Part shown: one piece after another, positions 58,814 to 64,000 of the stretch
How the letters are laid out: every line of letters starts with the position of its first letter
How positions within the stretch are numbered: position 1 is the stretch's first letter
Virus record (IMG/VR): IMGVR_UViG_3300003543_000059
Location: 1-64,000 of that record
Origin: a virus
DNA length: 64,000 nucleotides
Direction: 5' to 3' (one strand)
Notes under the pieces: generated by a model
The model's input: the letters and a program-made list of their open reading frames with translations, nothing else
What the model was told of the DNA's origin: nothing
The model's database searches: none
Translations under genes and position numbers: made by a program

Positions 58814-59553
58814 TGTCAATATTTTATTATAGAACTAAGGATAATATATGTCCAGCAATTTTTCAAAACGAAATAAATAATGATGGGATAATCACTACTG
58901 CCATTGAATATATTAGGGTGGATGATGAAGTGAATCTAACATTCGCTTTTGCTTCATCTATTTCAACCGCAGAAGAAACACAATTAGACGTTTTATTAAA
59001 TGCTCACATATGCATCCGACCTGATGATGGCGGTGATGGCGGAGCTGTTGACAGTAGTGATGATGGAGATGATAACCCTATTGCGACTTTATTATCAACA
59101 AATTTTGGTAGAATTTTTCAATATAACTTTTATGAAGATGGTTCAGCTAAAAATAAATGGCTAGAATTTTCAGATGGTACAGGATGTGATGAAACGGCTG
59201 GTGTTATACCGTGGGATTGTAAATTAATAGCAATTACATATTCCAATGAAAGAAAGAATACGGATGTTACGTTAGAAGTTAGAACCGCACCGTTAAATAG
59301 TGGTGCAACTGATGTGTTAGCGAAAGGATGGGTTATCGTTGATGCAAGAACTGGCGTTCAAAAGAATTTCCCGACTGATGTTAATTTTTCTACAGGCGAT
59401 AAAGTTGGGGTGTATTTTAAACATACATCAGGAACCTACCCTAAAAAGCCACATGTCAGTTTATTCTTTTTAATAACTGAAACGGGTAATACGTTAGAAA
59501 CTATAACGGAAAACCATTCTGGGGATTTCGGTAGCGGCTCATATGATGATTAG
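58813..59553 (+). CDS. Virion structural protein
   Basis: Coupled in fibre operon. Confidence 0.6.
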   Translation: MSIFYYRTKDNICPAIFQNEINNDGIITTAIEYIRVDDEVNLTFAFASSISTAEETQLDVLLNAHICIRPDDGGDGGAVDSSDDGDDNPIATLLSTNFGRIFQYNFYEDGSAKNKWLEFSDGTGCDETAGVIPWDCKLIAITYSNERKNTDVTLEVRTAPLNSGATDVLAKGWVIVDARTGVQKNFPTDVNFSTGDKVGVYFKHTSGTYPKKPHVSLFFLITETGNTLETITENHSGDFGSGSYDD

Positions 59554-59562
59554 GATTAAAAA

Positions 59563-60510
59563 ATGAAATTAGTGAAAATTAAAAACACAGGTGTAATAGG
59601 AACATGGGTAGGGCAAACTATACAACCATTAGAATATTACACTTTAGAAAATGACAAAGAATTATATAAATGGGAAGAAAGTGAAACTGTTTATGCTGAT
59701 ATAGCTAATGGTAGACTAGTTATCAACAATGGCACTGATATTGTTGATGATATGACACCATTTGATGGTTGGAACTGGTTATCAAGTGATGAAAAATTAC
59801 CAATATCAAACTTAGACGGTGTTAAACTTGCTGTGCATGGTTCATCAAAACCTTATATTGAAGGTAATACGACTTACGCTGTTTGGACTGGTTCTGGTGA
59901 TAACGCTATGACAGGTATGATGTGTGATGGTGATTTATTAGAATTTGATTTAATCCCAGGTAAAGCAGAACACGTTATTGACGTTAAATACAATCAAATG
60001 ATGAACGGAAGAGTTTGGATTCATGAAGGGTATTTGAAATTTGAAAATGGCAGTGCTGGAGATTATATTGATGCTGTTGTTGTTGCCGCAGCTACACCGT
60101 TACAAACCTCAGTTAATTTAGATTTAATAGTTACCGACAACTGGATAACATATTCAACTGGTGGTGCTGGAACAGGAACACATGGGTTTGCTGATGCTAC
60201 TAAAATTGTGTTGGTTCCTAGACCTTTTTCGCAAGATGGTGATTGGGATTATGATGGTGTAAATTTAACACCAAACTTCACTAGCACGGGTGGATATAAA
60301 ATGTCTGATATTGAAAGAATAGTCAGTAAGTATATGAATAAATTACCGTGTCGTGGCACTTGTCACAATTATTTCAGCATGACTTCTGATGACACAACAG
60401 AATTATTACAGAATTATTTTATAAGAATAACAGCGCACAACGTTTCAGATACTACATGGTTTGCTTCCGCTATTATAGAAATTTTTAGAGAAAGAACATT
60501 TAACCCATAA
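59563..60510 (+). CDS. Virion structural protein
   Basis: Operon context; RBS AGGA. Confidence 0.6.
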   Translation: MKLVKIKNTGVIGTWVGQTIQPLEYYTLENDKELYKWEESETVYADIANGRLVINNGTDIVDDMTPFDGWNWLSSDEKLPISNLDGVKLAVHGSSKPYIEGNTTYAVWTGSGDNAMTGMMCDGDLLEFDLIPGKAEHVIDVKYNQMMNGRVWIHEGYLKFENGSAGDYIDAVVVAAATPLQTSVNLDLIVTDNWITYSTGGAGTGTHGFADATKIVLVPRPFSQDGDWDYDGVNLTPNFTSTGGYKMSDIERIVSKYMNKLPCRGTCHNYFSMTSDDTTELLQNYFIRITAHNVSDTTWFASAIIEIFRERTFNP

Positions 60511-60520
60511 GGATTTTGGA

Positions 60521-63196
60521 ATGAACATTACATTTAAACAGGGTATCATTAGGTATCCAACCACAGGAAGTTCACAGTCATTCCTTAAAAAGAGCGGAAC
60601 AACAGTCGATTTATTGGCTGATAATGGTTCCACATTAGTAACTTTTGCCCACGGCACTAGTGATTATACTTATGAAGAATTACTAACAGTTTCAAATGCT
60701 TGGATAGGACCTTTTAGTGCTGGTTCTGAATATTGGTTATACTGGGATTTAGACACATTAACAGGATTAAGAACGTTTGGTTACACAGAACTTCAACCTG
60801 CTATCAGTTCTACTAAACCTTCAGCTCCATTACAAGGTCAACATTGGTATGACCTAGCAACTAACAAAATGATGGTTTGGGAAACAACGGTTTGGCGTAA
60901 TGTTATTCGAGTTTTTTCTGCTTATTATGATGGGATAGATTTCGCTTCTATGGGTCTTGGTGTTGGTAGCTTCCCTTTTGCTGGTTCACAAGTCGGTATC
61001 ACAAACATTCAAGCTGTTGCTGGTAAATTATTATTTAGCGATAACGGTAAACCAATTTTAAAAGCTAACAAAGAATTTTTCACAACTGAATCTGTTTTTA
61101 ACGTCAACGGCTCGAATATTGACACATTAAGATTAGAATCATCATATGAAATTGTTAAAGCTAATGAAACATTAGCACGATACCATGTGGTGCATTATAT
61201 TGATGATAATATAGTTGAATTTGCTGATTATAGTGATGCAAATTCAATATTAGGTATGGTTACAGAAGATGTTATCATTAATGGTTTAACGAACGTTATT
61301 TTAAATGGTGTGATTAATAATTCTTCTTGGAATTTTGCTGACCCCATAGGTGCCTTATTGTGGGTATCGGAAGCGGGTGAATTGGTCAATGCTGACCCAC
61401 ATTTAACAGATGTGATAAACAATCCAAAGCAACACCCTTCAATTGCTAAAGTAATATCTCCTACTTCTATACTGTTTCAACCAACATATCAAACAGAAAT
61501 TGATGTTATTGCTAAGATAAACCCAGCTACAACTGGTGAATTAGGTGTTGTGAAGCTTACAACCGATGCTATAGACGGATTACATCCTATCGTAGTAACT
61601 GATACCGACCCAAGATTAACGGACGAAAGAACGGCTTTACCGCACGTTCATGACGCTTTAAATACTGTCTTTGCTACTGATAGCGGAATGACATCAATCA
61701 ACGTTAGAAACGCTTTAGACGAGCTTAATGATGGTAAAGCTGATATAGCGGGAACAACCTTTACTGGTAGTGTATTATTATCTGGCACCCCAACAACCAA
61801 CTTAGAAGCAGCGAATAAAAAATATGTTGATGATTTGGTTTCAGGATTAAGTTGGATAGAACCAATTCAATTCGTTAATGTAATTGGTGACACTCTTGGT
61901 ACTCCACCAGCAACACCGTTAGTATCAGATACTTACATCATTCCTACTCTTGGTTCTCCTTCTGGTGATTGGTTAGCATTTACTAATGATGATATTGTTC
62001 AATGGGATGGTACCCAATGGAATGTTATAGGTAATTTAACTACGTTAACAGTGCCAACACGTTTTGGTATTGCTATGACAACCGCAACCACAGCATTCGG
62101 AACATTCATTACCCATGAAGCTGACATTGCAACATATGATAGTGGTGTTTGGACTTTTGAAACTCCTGTAGATAATAACGCGGTGTTGGTTAATAGTGAG
62201 CTTGATGTTCATGCTTATCACCAATTCGTTTATGATACCGAATGGATTGAATTTGCTGGACCACATACAATATTAGCTGGTGTTAATCTTGAACAGGTTC
62301 AAAACACATTCAATGTTAAAAACGTTGTAGATGGTGGAACGATTGACGCATTAACTTTAAACGGTTCTTCTGACACTGATTTTGTTGCTGTAAGCGGTGA
62401 TGTTATGACAGGAACATTAACTTTAAATGCTGACCCTGCTTTAGCTTTAGAAGCTGCAACAAAACAATATGTAGATAGTAAAGCATCAAGCTTGCCGGAA
62501 TTGACAGATGTTGACCCCGCATTAGCACCTATTGATGATGATGTGTTGTATTATGAGAACGCTTCAAGTCTTTGGAAAAGTAAGCAAATTGTAACTGGTG
62601 GCGGTGGTGGCGGTAGTCCGTACACTTTTTCCCCGTTACCATACATAGCGACAGTTAATGGAACGTCATTTGATAGCAACAACAATGGTGATATATTATT
62701 ATCGAATCAAGATTTGACTGCATCTGGCACGGCTGCAACGTGGGATTCTGTTATATCGACAACAGGAAAAAGTAGCGGCAAACATTATGTTGAATACACA
62801 ATTCTTAATACTAATGGTAATAATGAAAACATTTTTGGTATAGCTGGTTTACCTGTAGATTTTAATAATTTTATAGGTTCAGATTTAACCAGTTTTTCGT
62901 GGTATGGGAAAACTGGACAAACATACCATAATGGTGTTTTAACACAATTTGGTCAATCCTATACACAAAGCGGGATTGTTCTTGGTATGGCATTAGATTT
63001 AGATTCAAACACGGTTCTATTTTCAAGAAATGCTCAAGCCCAAATTATAAAACTAATACCTATTGAAATTTTAAATACAGGTAGTGTTTTTGTGGGTGTT
63101 TCCGCAAAATTAAACAATGGTGGGACAATCAATTTTGGTGACACACCATTCTCATTTCCACCACCAGCAGGGTTTATTCCTTGGAATGGAAGTTAA
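60521..63196 (+). CDS. Large tail-fibre-like protein with C-terminal SPRY/B30.2 domain
   Basis: PLQGQHWYD, DPRLTDER, EAANKKYVD/EAATKQYVD, SSGKHYVE..GMALDLD..NFG..PF..PAGF. Confidence 0.75.
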   Translation: MNITFKQGIIRYPTTGSSQSFLKKSGTTVDLLADNGSTLVTFAHGTSDYTYEELLTVSNAWIGPFSAGSEYWLYWDLDTLTGLRTFGYTELQPAISSTKPSAPLQGQHWYDLATNKMMVWETTVWRNVIRVFSAYYDGIDFASMGLGVGSFPFAGSQVGITNIQAVAGKLLFSDNGKPILKANKEFFTTESVFNVNGSNIDTLRLESSYEIVKANETLARYHVVHYIDDNIVEFADYSDANSILGMVTEDVIINGLTNVILNGVINNSSWNFADPIGALLWVSEAGELVNADPHLTDVINNPKQHPSIAKVISPTSILFQPTYQTEIDVIAKINPATTGELGVVKLTTDAIDGLHPIVVTDTDPRLTDERTALPHVHDALNTVFATDSGMTSINVRNALDELNDGKADIAGTTFTGSVLLSGTPTTNLEAANKKYVDDLVSGLSWIEPIQFVNVIGDTLGTPPATPLVSDTYIIPTLGSPSGDWLAFTNDDIVQWDGTQWNVIGNLTTLTVPTRFGIAMTTATTAFGTFITHEADIATYDSGVWTFETPVDNNAVLVNSELDVHAYHQFVYDTEWIEFAGPHTILAGVNLEQVQNTFNVKNVVDGGTIDALTLNGSSDTDFVAVSGDVMTGTLTLNADPALALEAATKQYVDSKASSLPELTDVDPALAPIDDDVLYYENASSLWKSKQIVTGGGGGGSPYTFSPLPYIATVNGTSFDSNNNGDILLSNQDLTASGTAATWDSVISTTGKSSGKHYVEYTILNTNGNNENIFGIAGLPVDFNNFIGSDLTSFSWYGKTGQTYHNGVLTQFGQSYTQSGIVLGMALDLDSNTVLFSRNAQAQIIKLIPIEILNTGSVFVGVSAKLNNGGTINFGDTPFSFPPPAGFIPWNGS

Positions 63197-63214
63197 CGGG
63201 GTTAAGGAACAATA

Positions 63215-63553
63215 ATGACAGTACTAATATTGAACAATACAAAAGAATATATCGAATATGATGCTACCGGAGCATCTAGCGATACAGTATTTACTATGAC
63301 ATTACCAAATAATGTTACAGGAACTAGGGATAGAATAGTTTTGATGGTTTCGTATAATACTTCTTCTGGTCACAATTTCACATGGTCTGGAACACCTATC
63401 TTATGGCAAGATAATGATGAACCATCCAGAATTGGTGATTATAATTCAGATAGAGAAACTATGAAAATAGAATTATGGAAAGACCCTCTTACTGGACATT
63501 GGTTAGGGTCTTATATTAGATATACACAAAATGGCGGTGGTGGTAGTTATTAA
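63215..63553 (+). CDS. Small fibre-associated protein
   Basis: RBS AAGGA; TW...ILW...P pattern. Confidence 0.55.
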   Translation: MTVLILNNTKEYIEYDATGASSDTVFTMTLPNNVTGTRDRIVLMVSYNTSSGHNFTWSGTPILWQDNDEPSRIGDYNSDRETMKIELWKDPLTGHWLGSYIRYTQNGGGGSY

Positions 63554-64000
63554 TTGGCTATAATATCACACAAACATAAGCTTATCATTGCAAGACCAAC
63601 AAAAACAGGCTCGTCAAGTTTTCATGCCAGTATAGTGTTATCTGGTATGTTGGGTGAACAAGATATGTTTAGTAAATTAGATGTCCTGTCTAAGTTAAAA
63701 CACGAACCTAAACTATACTGGCATTGGACACCTCACAACATATTAAGAAGACACTACGTAACAGAAGACCAGTTCAATGAATATGAAATTATTACTACTA
63801 TAAGACACCCTCTCGAACGATATATCTCAGCGTTTTTCTTTATGGCTCATTTACGAAAAAGTTCTAATAACATTAACGTTTTTAAAAATTTGATACGTTC
63901 TAAAGGTGCGGCTATCCATGATACCAAACTTGGTTCTAAGCAAAGCGAGTATTTTAAACATAATGGTGAATTCATTAAAAATTTAATCGTGGTTCCCACT
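63554..64000 (+). CDS. Sulfotransferase (Sulfotransfer_2-like), runs off the window; not in ORF track
   Basis: Hand translation from TTG: MAIISHKHKLIIARPTKTGSSS...TTIRHPLERYISAF (5'PSB- and 3'PB-like motifs). Confidence 0.8.
   Translation, partial: MAIISHKHKLIIARPTKTGSSSFHASIVLSGMLGEQDMFSKLDVLSKLKHEPKLYWHWTPHNILRRHYVTEDQFNEYEIITTIRHPLERYISAFFFMAHLRKSSNNINVFKNLIRSKGAAIHDTKLGSKQSEYFKHNGEFIKNLIVVPT

Noticed and set aside
2256-62266. Many short antisense or nested ORFs in the track (e.g. 2256-2555, 11193-11480, 22599-22952, 53562-53867)
   Set aside because: Shadow frames of well-supported genes, without RBS or motifs
1-64000. Stop-codon reassignment, as in some jumbo phages
   Set aside because: Core genes are full length in code 11, and TAA, TAG and TGA all end genes at tight junctions; the few breaks are local
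1-64000. tRNA or rRNA genes
   Set aside because: No cloverleaf or T-loop pattern seen in the short intergenic gaps; tRNAscan not run

Overview
AT-rich segment of a large T4-like (myovirus, probably jumbo) phage genome in standard genetic code. All calls come from reading motifs by eye; no searches were run. Core genes: head-completion nuclease gp4, three tail-tube-family genes, tail sheath, baseplate gp25/gp5/hub/gp53/gp48-like, late sigma gp55, gp47/gp46, RuvC, DinG helicase, TerS, TerL, and a virion fibre/structural cluster ending in a sulfotransferase. Two promoter classes recur: an extended sigma70-type early element (TTTGCA-N17-TATAAT, 8 copies) and T4-type late TATAAATA boxes. Main observations: (1) an ~80-nt candidate sRNA with its own late promoter, terminator and near-consensus CsrA/RsmA GGA hairpins, which looks like a phage CsrB/RsmZ mimic; (2) at least 11 unrelated proteins with T4-internal-protein-like N-terminal leaders, suggesting virion-injected cargo that includes a SAM-lyase-like protein, a kinase, a ParB-like protein, PcfJ-like proteins and two amidoligases flanking a leader-less gamma-glutamyl cyclotransferase; (3) a fractured TerL with an atypically split intein at Walker A, a decayed homing-endonuclease gene between the halves, a second LAGLIDADG intein and a degenerate TerL-ATPase paralog; (4) a 7-member MNLYKxHNxP helical-repeat family with truncated and frameshifted copies; (5) RBS-sequestering hairpins and probable leaderless late mRNAs.
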